Shown here: in pieces, positions 45,146-53,426 of the stretch
How positions within the stretch are numbered: the stretch's first letter is position 1
Layout: the number at the start of each line of letters is the position of its first letter
NCBI GenBank assembly: GCA_002411005.1
Contig: DHQC01000009.1
Location: 36,404 to 100,403 of the forward strand
Direction of reading: 5' to 3'
From: Bacillales bacterium UBA5348
GTDB taxonomy: Bacteria; Bacillota_I; Bacilli_A; RF39; UBA660
DNA: 64,000 bases
Position numbers and translations under genes: made by a program
The notes under the pieces: model-generated
What the model was told of the DNA's origin: nothing
Seen by the model: only the letters and a program-made list of their open reading frames with translations
The model's database searches: none

Positions 45146-46929
45146 ATCTAAAATCACAATTAGCTCCGAAAGGATTAAATTTTAACTCGGGTGATTTTGT
45201 TATTAGTGATAAATATTCAACAATTTTAACTGTTATTGCATATCCAAAAGTAATAACAGCAGGTTTTTTAGCATCATTGACAACAATGTCTGGTATCAAG
45301 ATTGTTATTAAGCATATCCCTATTGATTTTGGTGTTTTATCAAAAATGATTAATCGTCAGATTGCTGATTTAAAAGCTAAATATCAAGAAGAAAGAGATA
45401 GAACTGTTCAGGAAAGACTTAGACAAGATATGGAATCTCTTGAATATTTTATTAGTATGTTAGCAAGTAGTCAAGCTCGTATTTTTGATTTCCAAATGCA
45501 CGTAATGATTACGGCTGATAGTAAGGAAGAATTAGAATTAAAAAAAGTAAATGTGAAGAATTATATGACGGCAATGGAATTAAAGGCAATTCCTCTTCGT
45601 TTTGAACAAGAGAAGGTTTTAAAATCAATTGTTCCGATATTCCCTAAACAAGATATTGAAGATCGTATAGGAACACCTATTCCTTCAGTTACAATAGCAG
45701 CAATGTATCCATTTATTTTTGATAGTATAAAAGATCCTGGCTTAGCTGCGTTACTTGGTGTTGACTTCTCTGGTGGTGTTATTTTATTTAATCAATTCTT
45801 ATTTCAAATTAAGAAAGAAAATAACCGCAATAACGCTAACCTTATTATTTTAGGTACTTCTGGTTCTGGTAAATCAACAACAGCTAAGTTAATGCTTAGA
45901 ACACATATAAGAAATGCTTATAAAGTTGTCGCAATTGATCCAGAAGGTGAACTTGAGGATATGTGTAATTTATATGGTGGTAATTTTGTTGACCTTGGAA
46001 AAGGTGGAGACTTCGGGATGGTTAACCCACTCGAAATAGTCCTTGATGCAGATGAAGAAGAAATTGCTCAAGGCCTTGGTTATACGGTTTTAACAAAAAC
46101 GCTACAATTTTTAAAAGCATTTATGAAATATTATGACCCAAGTATTGAGGAAGATGTATTAACACTTTTTAGTGAGGTTGTTCAAGATACATATAAACGT
46201 TTTGGGATAGATTTCAATACTGATTTTTCTAAATTTACAACTAAGGATTATCCAACTTTTTCAGATGTTTATGCAACAATTAAAGGTCGCATGAGTCAAT
46301 ATATGGAAAAAACACACGAGAGTGACATTATGGAACGTCTTGAGTTAAAAATTAGACCTTTGACTAAAGAATTAAAATATTATTTTGATGGACACACAAC
46401 AATAACTGACACAGAAAACAATATAATAGTTTTTAATATTAAAGAGGTAATGAATACTGATGTCAATATTAGGAATGCCTTGTTCTTCAATATTCTAAAA
46501 TATGCATGGGGCTTATGCCTTGATAAAAGTGTAAATACAGTTTTATCAGTTGATGAAGCCCACGTATTGTTAAGCGGTAATAATACTTTAGGTGCTGAAT
46601 TTTTAGCACAAGTACAAAGACGTGCAAGAAAATATAATACAGGTACGATTATTATTACACAACAACCGAGTGATTTTACTGATGCAATGGTTATCACTCA
46701 AGGTAAGGCTATCTTTGATAATGCCTCATATTACATTGTTATGGGACTTAAAAAACAAGCTGTTGAGGACCTGTCAAACTTAATTGATTTAAATGATAAT
46801 GAAAAAGAAAGTATCAAGAGATATGGACAAGGAGAAGCACTCTTTGTTTGTGGAAATAGAAGAATGAGAATAAATGTTGTCGCTACTGAGGCTGAATTAG
46901 AATCATTTGGTAGTGGCGGAGGTTTTTAA
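45142..46929 (+). CDS. virB4: VirB4-family conjugation ATPase (C-terminal ATPase part)
   Basis: Walker A GTSGSGKSTTAK, Walker B VLSVDEAHVLL, and the IIITQQPSDF motif. Confidence 0.85.
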   Translation: MNLKSQLAPKGLNFNSGDFVISDKYSTILTVIAYPKVITAGFLASLTTMSGIKIVIKHIPIDFGVLSKMINRQIADLKAKYQEERDRTVQERLRQDMESLEYFISMLASSQARIFDFQMHVMITADSKEELELKKVNVKNYMTAMELKAIPLRFEQEKVLKSIVPIFPKQDIEDRIGTPIPSVTIAAMYPFIFDSIKDPGLAALLGVDFSGGVILFNQFLFQIKKENNRNNANLIILGTSGSGKSTTAKLMLRTHIRNAYKVVAIDPEGELEDMCNLYGGNFVDLGKGGDFGMVNPLEIVLDADEEEIAQGLGYTVLTKTLQFLKAFMKYYDPSIEEDVLTLFSEVVQDTYKRFGIDFNTDFSKFTTKDYPTFSDVYATIKGRMSQYMEKTHESDIMERLELKIRPLTKELKYYFDGHTTITDTENNIIVFNIKEVMNTDVNIRNALFFNILKYAWGLCLDKSVNTVLSVDEAHVLLSGNNTLGAEFLAQVQRRARKYNTGTIIITQQPSDFTDAMVITQGKAIFDNASYYIVMGLKKQAVEDLSNLIDLNDNEKESIKRYGQGEALFVCGNRRMRINVVATEAELESFGSGGGF

Positions 46930-46937
46930 CATTAACA

Positions 46938-46967
46938 ACAAGATATAAAGGTTTCTTTATATCTTGT
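46938..46967 (+). other. 13-bp-stem hairpin after virB4 without a U-tract
   Basis: ACAAGATATAAAG-GTTT-CTTTATATCTTGT. Confidence 0.5.
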
Positions 46968-47021
46968 ATAAATTATGACAGATTATTAAAACAAAACGCG
47001 CGTTGAAGTAGGTGATTTTAT

Positions 47022-49175
47022 ATGAACGAATTATATGAAAAAGCAAAAAAGGCTCTAAGTTCTAAAATTAAAAATAAGGCACTTATATATATAATTTCCT
47101 TTTTGGCACCATTTTTTCTTTTTCTTTTTACAGTAGTTATAATAATTATGATGTTTATGATGCCTGTAACCCAAGCCTTAGAAAAAATAGATAACTTTAA
47201 AAGGTTTGTTATTGTTTTTGTTGAAAAAACAAAAAACTTTTTTAGCGGTCGAGGATTTCAAGTGATTGATATGACTACAGTTCAGTTGAAAGAGGAAGAG
47301 TTTAATAATGAGGTAGCTAAGTATTATAAATTTTACTATTATACAGGTGGCGTTGAAGTCGATGCCCCTCTTATTTTAGCTACTGTTCACTATCCACTTG
47401 AAATAAGTTTTAATGAAAAAGTGGTTGCCTGTGTAAATGGAATTGATGCAGAAGGTACAGAATGTGCTTCAGAGGAAGAGCAATATGACTTTTGGAAAGC
47501 TAAAATAGAGAAAGTTCCAGATTTATTTGAACATAGTATATCGGAGGTAATTACTAAATATGAATGTATAGGTGTTACGGTAGAGACTGCCGATGGCCCT
47601 AAAACACACTATGTACAGGGTGATCAGATTGGTGAACCTGAAGTGCTTTATCCTTTTCCGGGAACCTTTCATAAAGATGAGCATTGTCACAGTGGTTCAA
47701 GCATAAAGAAATATGATTATAGACAAGAGCCAGATAAATACAATGAATATCTTAGTGATCCCGATGATGGTTATATTGTTAGCAGTGAAGAATACAATTT
47801 TCCTACTGAAATAACTGATATTGAAGAGAAGAAAGAAAGACTCAAACAAATAGTATATAGTATTCACAATTTATCTATTCTTTATTATAACTTATTTGAT
47901 ACCCCCGCAGCAGTTGCACAGAATGTATATGGGGCAATACCATATAATTTATTGAAGAACATGGTTGTTCCCGTCGATCCTACTATAGGGAGTGATGGGA
48001 AAGGTAATTACATAATAACTTCTTGTTTTTCACCTTATCGGTCATTAAGCAATGGTCAAAAGTCTGCCCATAAAGGGATAGATGTAGTTTCCGCTTCTTC
48101 AGATTTAAATATTAGAGCGGCAGCAAAAGGGATTATTTTGGTGGCCCAAGGTTCCCTTTCGCCATCCTTTAACTGTTACAATGGTGATTGTAACAAAAAA
48201 GGTGCCGGTAATTATATTGTAATAACACACGAAATAGAAGGCATACAGTTTAGAACAACATATATGCATTTATCTAGTGTTTCTGTTAATGTTGGTGATG
48301 AGGTTGAAGCAGGACAGATAATAGGTGTTATGGGCAATACCGGTAATTCTAGTGGGACGCACCTTCACTTCCAATATGAAGATGCCAATCAAAACCCTTT
48401 AAACCCGGGCAACTTATTTTCTAATCCAAAGTCGATAAACGCAAATGCTGGTTGTTCAGTTATGTCTGTTGATTGTGCTAATAGAAATGCTCCAGTTGCG
48501 ATAAGCCCTACATACGCAAAATGGGGCAAATCGTCTTATACGATAAATGTAGAAGTAAATGGCATGGCACCAATACCATTAGAACAGTATATTTTAGGTG
48601 TTGCTATAAACGAGATGGGTGGTTCATTTAATATAGAAGCAATAAAAGCTCAAATGGTAGCAGCAAGGACATATACATTTGGTAGCCAAAGATTTAGTTA
48701 TTCTATACAAGAAGCACAGAATCAAATAGTTGTTAATGTAGGGGCAGCAAGTGAAGCAACTCAAACATTTAATTTAAATGGTTTATGTTCATCTAGTGCT
48801 GAGGCTCAGTCTAAATTAATATCAGCCTTGGAAGGAAGCCGTGGGCAAGTATTAGTAACCAGTAAAGGGAAGATGTTTTCGTCCGAATATTCAAGCTACG
48901 CAGCAAATGATGGCTATAAAACTAGAGGTAGCGGATATGTCTGCAAATTGCCAGAACTATCATCAGGATGTGAAAATGTTGCATCGTATGCTACAACGAG
49001 CAACTGTCGACCAAATGGAAGTAACATATGTGGACATGGTAGAGGAATGAGTCAATGGGGAGCTAATAACATGGCAAATAATCATGGATATGATTATACT
49101 TCCATATTAAACCATTTCTATTATGGGAACATTACTGATATAAGTGGTTTAGATATAAGCGACTATGCTAAGTAG
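47022..49175 (+). CDS. Membrane-anchored bifunctional cell-wall hydrolase: M23 (LytM) peptidase plus SpoIID-type lytic transglycosylase domain
   Basis: N-terminal TM helix. M23 motifs HKGIDV and GNTGNSSGTHLHFQ. SpoIID motifs YILGVAINEMGG..EAIKAQMVAARTY and CGHGRGMSQWGANNMA. Confidence 0.8.
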   Translation: MNELYEKAKKALSSKIKNKALIYIISFLAPFFLFLFTVVIIIMMFMMPVTQALEKIDNFKRFVIVFVEKTKNFFSGRGFQVIDMTTVQLKEEEFNNEVAKYYKFYYYTGGVEVDAPLILATVHYPLEISFNEKVVACVNGIDAEGTECASEEEQYDFWKAKIEKVPDLFEHSISEVITKYECIGVTVETADGPKTHYVQGDQIGEPEVLYPFPGTFHKDEHCHSGSSIKKYDYRQEPDKYNEYLSDPDDGYIVSSEEYNFPTEITDIEEKKERLKQIVYSIHNLSILYYNLFDTPAAVAQNVYGAIPYNLLKNMVVPVDPTIGSDGKGNYIITSCFSPYRSLSNGQKSAHKGIDVVSASSDLNIRAAAKGIILVAQGSLSPSFNCYNGDCNKKGAGNYIVITHEIEGIQFRTTYMHLSSVSVNVGDEVEAGQIIGVMGNTGNSSGTHLHFQYEDANQNPLNPGNLFSNPKSINANAGCSVMSVDCANRNAPVAISPTYAKWGKSSYTINVEVNGMAPIPLEQYILGVAINEMGGSFNIEAIKAQMVAARTYTFGSQRFSYSIQEAQNQIVVNVGAASEATQTFNLNGLCSSSAEAQSKLISALEGSRGQVLVTSKGKMFSSEYSSYAANDGYKTRGSGYVCKLPELSSGCENVASYATTSNCRPNGSNICGHGRGMSQWGANNMANNHGYDYTSILNHFYYGNITDISGLDISDYAK

Positions 49176-49203
49176 GTAAATAAATATATTTATAGAGGGT
49201 GTG

Positions 49204-49902
49204 ATGAAATTGCTAAATTTAAAAAAGTTAATATTGATGGTGATGTGCATATTTTTATTATCTGGTTGCGATGTTGCATATGACTTAAAGATTAATAAAG
49301 ATTTAACTGTTACCGAAGAAGTTGTTGCACTAGAAGATAAATATTTTAATGATTTAGCTCACGATTATTTACTTGATAGAATATCAGTTGCATTTTCTAG
49401 TCGTTATGATGAGTTATATGAATATAGCGCAATATCAGAGGATACCAGAATAGGCAATAAAGTTGTCAGAAATTATAATTCATTAAATGAATATAAAGAA
49501 CAAAGTAATGTTTTTCTCGATTTAATCGATAATTATACCATTACTGAGACTGCGGATACTGTTAATTTTAATATAATTGTATCTGACGATATATATGATA
49601 CTAACGATATGGCTTATACCATTATTCCTGAAAATATGACTATAAATATAGAATTACCATATAAAATAATCAATACAAATTCAGATACAAAAACTGGTAA
49701 TATTTACAGTTGGAAAATTGATAAAGATCATAGATCTGCTAATATTATGTTAAGTTTTGAAAAAAATAGACTTAGTGATACCTTATATATTTTGAATATT
49801 GGCATAAGTTATGGTATATTAATAGCAGTAGGAATTATTTTGACAGCAAGTGTTATTGTTCTTGTTATATCCAAAAAAATAAGAGGAATAAATAAAATAT
49901 AG
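49204..49902 (+). CDS. Lipoprotein with a C-terminal TM anchor, in the positional equivalent of PrgL/VirB8-like
   Basis: Lipobox LLSG/C and a C-terminal helix followed by KKIRGINKI. The VirB8-like idea rests only on gene order. Confidence 0.45.
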   Translation: MKLLNLKKLILMVMCIFLLSGCDVAYDLKINKDLTVTEEVVALEDKYFNDLAHDYLLDRISVAFSSRYDELYEYSAISEDTRIGNKVVRNYNSLNEYKEQSNVFLDLIDNYTITETADTVNFNIIVSDDIYDTNDMAYTIIPENMTINIELPYKIINTNSDTKTGNIYSWKIDKDHRSANIMLSFEKNRLSDTLYILNIGISYGILIAVGIILTASVIVLVISKKIRGINKI

Positions 49903-49915
49903 GAGTGCGATTTAT

Positions 49916-52225
49916 ATGAAATTTAAATTTAGAGCTGATACTAAAGATATAATCTATTTTGTAATATTTGCCGTGTTTCTTTTGTACTTAGTAGCTATTG
50001 CAATTTTAAATTTAGCATCTTTAGCACAAAGAACTACTTTTTATGGTTGGAATCCAATAGAGGCTTTTTCGCCACAATTTATTGGCCCTACTTTAATTTT
50101 TTATATTTTGTCACTAGTAGGAATTATTGTTTCTGTTTCAAGTTATTTTTGGGATAAGGAAAAAGGGTTTGGCTTCCAAACGGGGAAACCTGAAAAGAGC
50201 GATTATTCTAGATGGGCAAAAGATGAGGAAATAAAAACAAAACTTAAAGAGGTTAACGTATCGCAACCAACGCTTCCTTATGCTGGTATTCCGTTACTTG
50301 TTAAAGGCAAAAGAGTATGGGTAGATGATAGTGAAGCGCATACCTTGATAATGGGTTCAACAGGTAGTGGTAAAACAACAAGATTAATTAATCCATTAAT
50401 TAAGATTTTAGCTAAAAAGGGCGAATCAATGATTCTAACAGACCCTAAAGGCGAACTTTATGAGGAAAACTCTACAATGCTTATGGCTAAAGGTTATAAT
50501 ATTGTTTTATTAAACTTACGTAATCCTGAAAAAGGTAATGCATGGAATCCACTTACTTTACCATATCAATTATATAAAGAAGAATCAGATAAAGCTAATG
50601 AGTTATTAGCGGATTTAGCGATAAGTCTCCTTCATGATGACAAAACAGATGATCCATTTTGGCAAAACTCATCAGCTGACTACTTTACAGGATTAGCGTT
50701 AGGTCTTTTTGAAGACGCTAAAGAGGAAGAAATTAATTTAAATTCAATCAGTTATATGAGTGCAGCTGGTGAAGAAAAATACGGGGGATCAGTCTATGCT
50801 AAGGAATATTTTTCGAGCAAGGACCCTTCAAAGCCAATATATATAAATGCTTCAGGAACAATTAATGCACCTCAAGATACAAAAAACAGTATATTATCAG
50901 TGTTTAGACAAAAAATTAAGATTTTTGCAACGACTGAGCATCTATCTGAAATGTTATCATATAGTGATTTTGATATGAAAGATATTGGCCGTAGAAAAAC
51001 AGCAGTATTTATCATTATACAAGATGAGAAAAAGACGTATCATGCTTTAGCAACAATTTTTATAAAACAATGTTATGAAACATTGATTGATGTAGCTCAG
51101 GATAATAATGGTAAACTTCCTATTAGGACAAACTTTATCTTGGATGAGTTTGCTAATATGCCGCCTTTAAGAGATGTTACAACCATGATTACTGCGGCTC
51201 GCAGTCGTCAAATTCGTTTTAATTTAGTAATCCAAAACTTTTCTCAATTAAATCAAGTATATGGCGCTGATGATGCAGAAACAATTAAAGGCAACTGTGC
51301 TAATTTAGTTTATTTAATGAGTAAAGAGCTTAAGGCCTTAGAAGAAATAAGTAAACTTTGCGGAGAAAAGAAGGTAAAAGGTAAGGGCGATAAAGACCCA
51401 GATAAAGATAAACCGTTGATTAGTATAAGTGAATTACAAAGATTGAAAATGGGTGACGCAATAATTATCAAAGATAGATCATATCCATTAAAGACAAAAC
51501 TACCAGGTATGTGGGAATATGATTTTAATGAGCCTAAGTCAACTCAAATTAATTATCCAGTGCGCCAAAAAAGAATTGTTAAACTATTTGATATAAAAGA
51601 ATTTGTTAACAATCAAAGGATGAATGCATATCCAAATGGTAATGTGTTTAGCCCTAATATGTTTGATCCACGTTTTGCGGGAGGGATGAATCCTGCTATG
51701 GGTAATACTGATCCATCTCAATTTTTACCACCAAACAATCAATTAGGAAAGCATAATCTTGATGCTACTCCACAACCAAATGCAGGATATAATCAGAACT
51801 TTTTTAGCAATCGTAATAAAGCTAATATGTTTAATGGTGATGATTCATTTAATGTAGATGATTTAATTAAGAAAATTGATGCTAAGATTGCTGAATTAGA
51901 GGCTGAGGAAAAAAGAGAAGAGGAAAATAACGCTGCAGCAACGAATGCTTCAGCGAACAGAACACAAGCAGAGCCGACTAAACCACAGTTTGTTCCAACC
52001 CCACCTGTCAATCCAGTGATCGAAGATATAAAACCTGTTGAACCTATGGCTGTTGAACAAAAGCCTGTTGTTACGAATCCTCAATTTATAGAACCAGAGG
52101 TTGAGGAAGAAGAAACTATTGTTAATATTAATCCTGATATTGATAAAATAATGAATTCAACTTACGAGGATGAAAATACTGATGACCAGTTCTTTGATGA
52201 CTTCTTTAGTGATGATGATGAATAA
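49916..52225 (+). CDS. virD4: VirD4/TraG-family type IV coupling protein with a Pro/Asn-rich, acidic C-terminal tail
   Basis: Two N-terminal TM helices, Walker A MGSTGSGKTT, Walker B FILDEFANMP, and a tail ending DDQFFDDFFSDDDE. Confidence 0.85.
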   Translation: MKFKFRADTKDIIYFVIFAVFLLYLVAIAILNLASLAQRTTFYGWNPIEAFSPQFIGPTLIFYILSLVGIIVSVSSYFWDKEKGFGFQTGKPEKSDYSRWAKDEEIKTKLKEVNVSQPTLPYAGIPLLVKGKRVWVDDSEAHTLIMGSTGSGKTTRLINPLIKILAKKGESMILTDPKGELYEENSTMLMAKGYNIVLLNLRNPEKGNAWNPLTLPYQLYKEESDKANELLADLAISLLHDDKTDDPFWQNSSADYFTGLALGLFEDAKEEEINLNSISYMSAAGEEKYGGSVYAKEYFSSKDPSKPIYINASGTINAPQDTKNSILSVFRQKIKIFATTEHLSEMLSYSDFDMKDIGRRKTAVFIIIQDEKKTYHALATIFIKQCYETLIDVAQDNNGKLPIRTNFILDEFANMPPLRDVTTMITAARSRQIRFNLVIQNFSQLNQVYGADDAETIKGNCANLVYLMSKELKALEEISKLCGEKKVKGKGDKDPDKDKPLISISELQRLKMGDAIIIKDRSYPLKTKLPGMWEYDFNEPKSTQINYPVRQKRIVKLFDIKEFVNNQRMNAYPNGNVFSPNMFDPRFAGGMNPAMGNTDPSQFLPPNNQLGKHNLDATPQPNAGYNQNFFSNRNKANMFNGDDSFNVDDLIKKIDAKIAELEAEEKREEENNAAATNASANRTQAEPTKPQFVPTPPVNPVIEDIKPVEPMAVEQKPVVTNPQFIEPEVEEEETIVNINPDIDKIMNSTYEDENTDDQFFDDFFSDDDE

Positions 52226-52280
52226 TATGCTTTAATCAAATGTTTTTTAACTACATATAATGCTACTAGAAGGTGGTAGG

Positions 52281-52580
52281 ATGTATAAGAAAATAAAATT
52301 GACTGAACTATTTAAAATTAAAGATCCAATTATTATTGATGTGAGAGAACCTGATGAATATAGGCGAGGATGTATTTCTAAAGCGACAAATATCCCAGCG
52401 GGCACTCTTGTAGATAACTGCGAAAAATATTTAAGTATTCATAAAAAATATTATATATATTGCGAGACTAGCTTAAGAAGTATGCGTGTATGTGAGTTTT
52501 TATCAGACTTGGGCTATGATGTATATTTAATAGAAGGTGGATATAAAGAGTGGTTAGCAATTAAAGAAATATTAAAATAA
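52281..52580 (+). CDS. Single-domain rhodanese-like sulfurtransferase
   Basis: IIDVREPDEY and the active-site loop YCETSLRS. AAGGTGG RBS before the ATG at 52281. Confidence 0.75.
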   Translation: MYKKIKLTELFKIKDPIIIDVREPDEYRRGCISKATNIPAGTLVDNCEKYLSIHKKYYIYCETSLRSMRVCEFLSDLGYDVYLIEGGYKEWLAIKEILK

Positions 52581-52608
52581 GAAGTGATAGTTTTATCACT
52601 TCTTTATC
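52580..52608 (+). terminator. Rho-independent terminator
   Basis: AGAAGTGATA-GTTT-TATCACTTCT followed by TTAT. Confidence 0.6.
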
Positions 52609-52657
52609 ATTTATTAATATATTATAAGGGTAATTAAATAATTGTCGTTCTATTATA

Positions 52658-52686
52658 TTGCTCAACCAAATAATATTTGATATAAT
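52658..52686 (+). promoter_or_regulatory. Promoter of tRNA-Cys (TTGCTC-17 nt-TATAAT)
   Basis: Hexamers at 52658-52663 and 52681-52686. Confidence 0.55.
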
Positions 52687-52700
52687 ACTAGTATACATAT

Positions 52701-52774
52701 GGGGCTATAGCCAAGTGGTAAGGCAAGGGACTGCAACTCCCTGAGCGTCAGTTCAAATCTGATTGGCCCCTCCA
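52701..52774 (+). tRNA. tRNA-Cys (anticodon GCA)
   Basis: A 74-nt cloverleaf, anticodon loop CT-GCA-AC, GTTCAAATC T-loop, and an encoded CCA. Confidence 0.9.
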
Positions 52775-52784
52775 AAAAATAAAT

Positions 52785-52815
52785 AAAGACTTGTGGGAAA
52801 TCATAAGTCTTTTTG
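52785..52815 (+). terminator. Terminator after tRNA-Cys
   Basis: AAAGACTT-12 nt-AAGTCTTT followed by TTG. Confidence 0.5.
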
Positions 52816-52944
52816 ATATGATAGTATAAGAGATTTTTTCATGTTAGATAATTTGTTAGAAGTGTTAAAAGAAAGTTATTAAAAAGAATTAAACAATGGT
52901 TTTTTCTATATTGAAAAATAATATAATTAACCTTGAAAAATTTT

Positions 52945-52975
52945 AAAAACTGTAGAAAACTTCTACAGTTTTTTG
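52945..52975. terminator. Bidirectional stem-loop terminator
   Basis: AAAAACTGTAGAA-AAC-TTCTACAGTTTTTT, flanked by an A-run and a T-run. Lies downstream of the minus-strand ORF at 53001-53234. Confidence 0.6.
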
Positions 52976-53000
52976 CTTGGAACTAATTATATCATTATAT

Positions 53001-53234
53001 TTAATTAATACAATTATGTGGTTCAATGGTATAGCAAGTCCTATTAATAATAATTAATGTAATTGCATTTACAATTATTGCAACTGCAAATCCGACGAAA
53101 AATCCTATAACAACAGAAACAAGTACTGCCGAGATAGCTAAACCTATCGCTAGTCCAACTAGTGCTCCTAGCAATAAGAAACCAAGGTAAAATAAAAGAA
53201 TTGGTAATAAAAATCTACTTACACAACGAGTCAT
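53001..53234 (-). CDS. Small hydrophobic membrane protein (77 aa)
   Basis: Strong AAGGAGG RBS. Almost entirely hydrophobic, with Cys near both ends. Confidence 0.55.
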   Translation of the reverse strand: MTRCVSRFLLPILLFYLGFLLLGALVGLAIGLAISAVLVSVVIGFFVGFAVAIIVNAITLIIINRTCYTIEPHNCIN

Positions 53235-53426
53235 GAATGCACTAACCTCCTTGCTATATTATATTAAGATTAAAAATAACGAAGTAATACAGATGTCTTT
53301 AAGTGTTGAAAACTTTATATAATGAGGGTTGATTGCTATGCGTCTTGAAAAATTTATGCTGGTAAAGTATAATCTATTTTAGATAGCGATTAATGCTATT
53401 TAATTAATATATAGGGGGAATATATA

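Larger units (their letters stand above)
29509..52225 (+). other. Hybrid Tad-type pilus plus Gram-positive type IV secretion gene cluster (21 co-directional genes)
   Basis: See the individual CDS entries. Short or overlapping junctions throughout. Bounded by the trmL terminator and a rhodanese gene/tRNA-Cys. Confidence 0.7.

Noticed and set aside
29560-49902. The first cluster gene (29560-30261) and the lipoprotein gene (49201-49902) as paralogs: both ORFs in the track are 233 aa, start MMKL, and have an N-terminal signal and a C-terminal anchor
   Set aside because: Apart from the shared topology and length, the ectodomain sequences do not align by eye. I treat this as coincidence unless structure prediction says otherwise.
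52701-52774. tRNA-Cys as the integration site of the Tad/T4SS cluster
   Set aside because: The tRNA is transcribed away from the cluster, so its 3' end faces the other side. A rhodanese gene with its own terminator lies in between. I found no copy of the tRNA 3' end at the trmL-proximal border (29411-29560), and no integrase is present.
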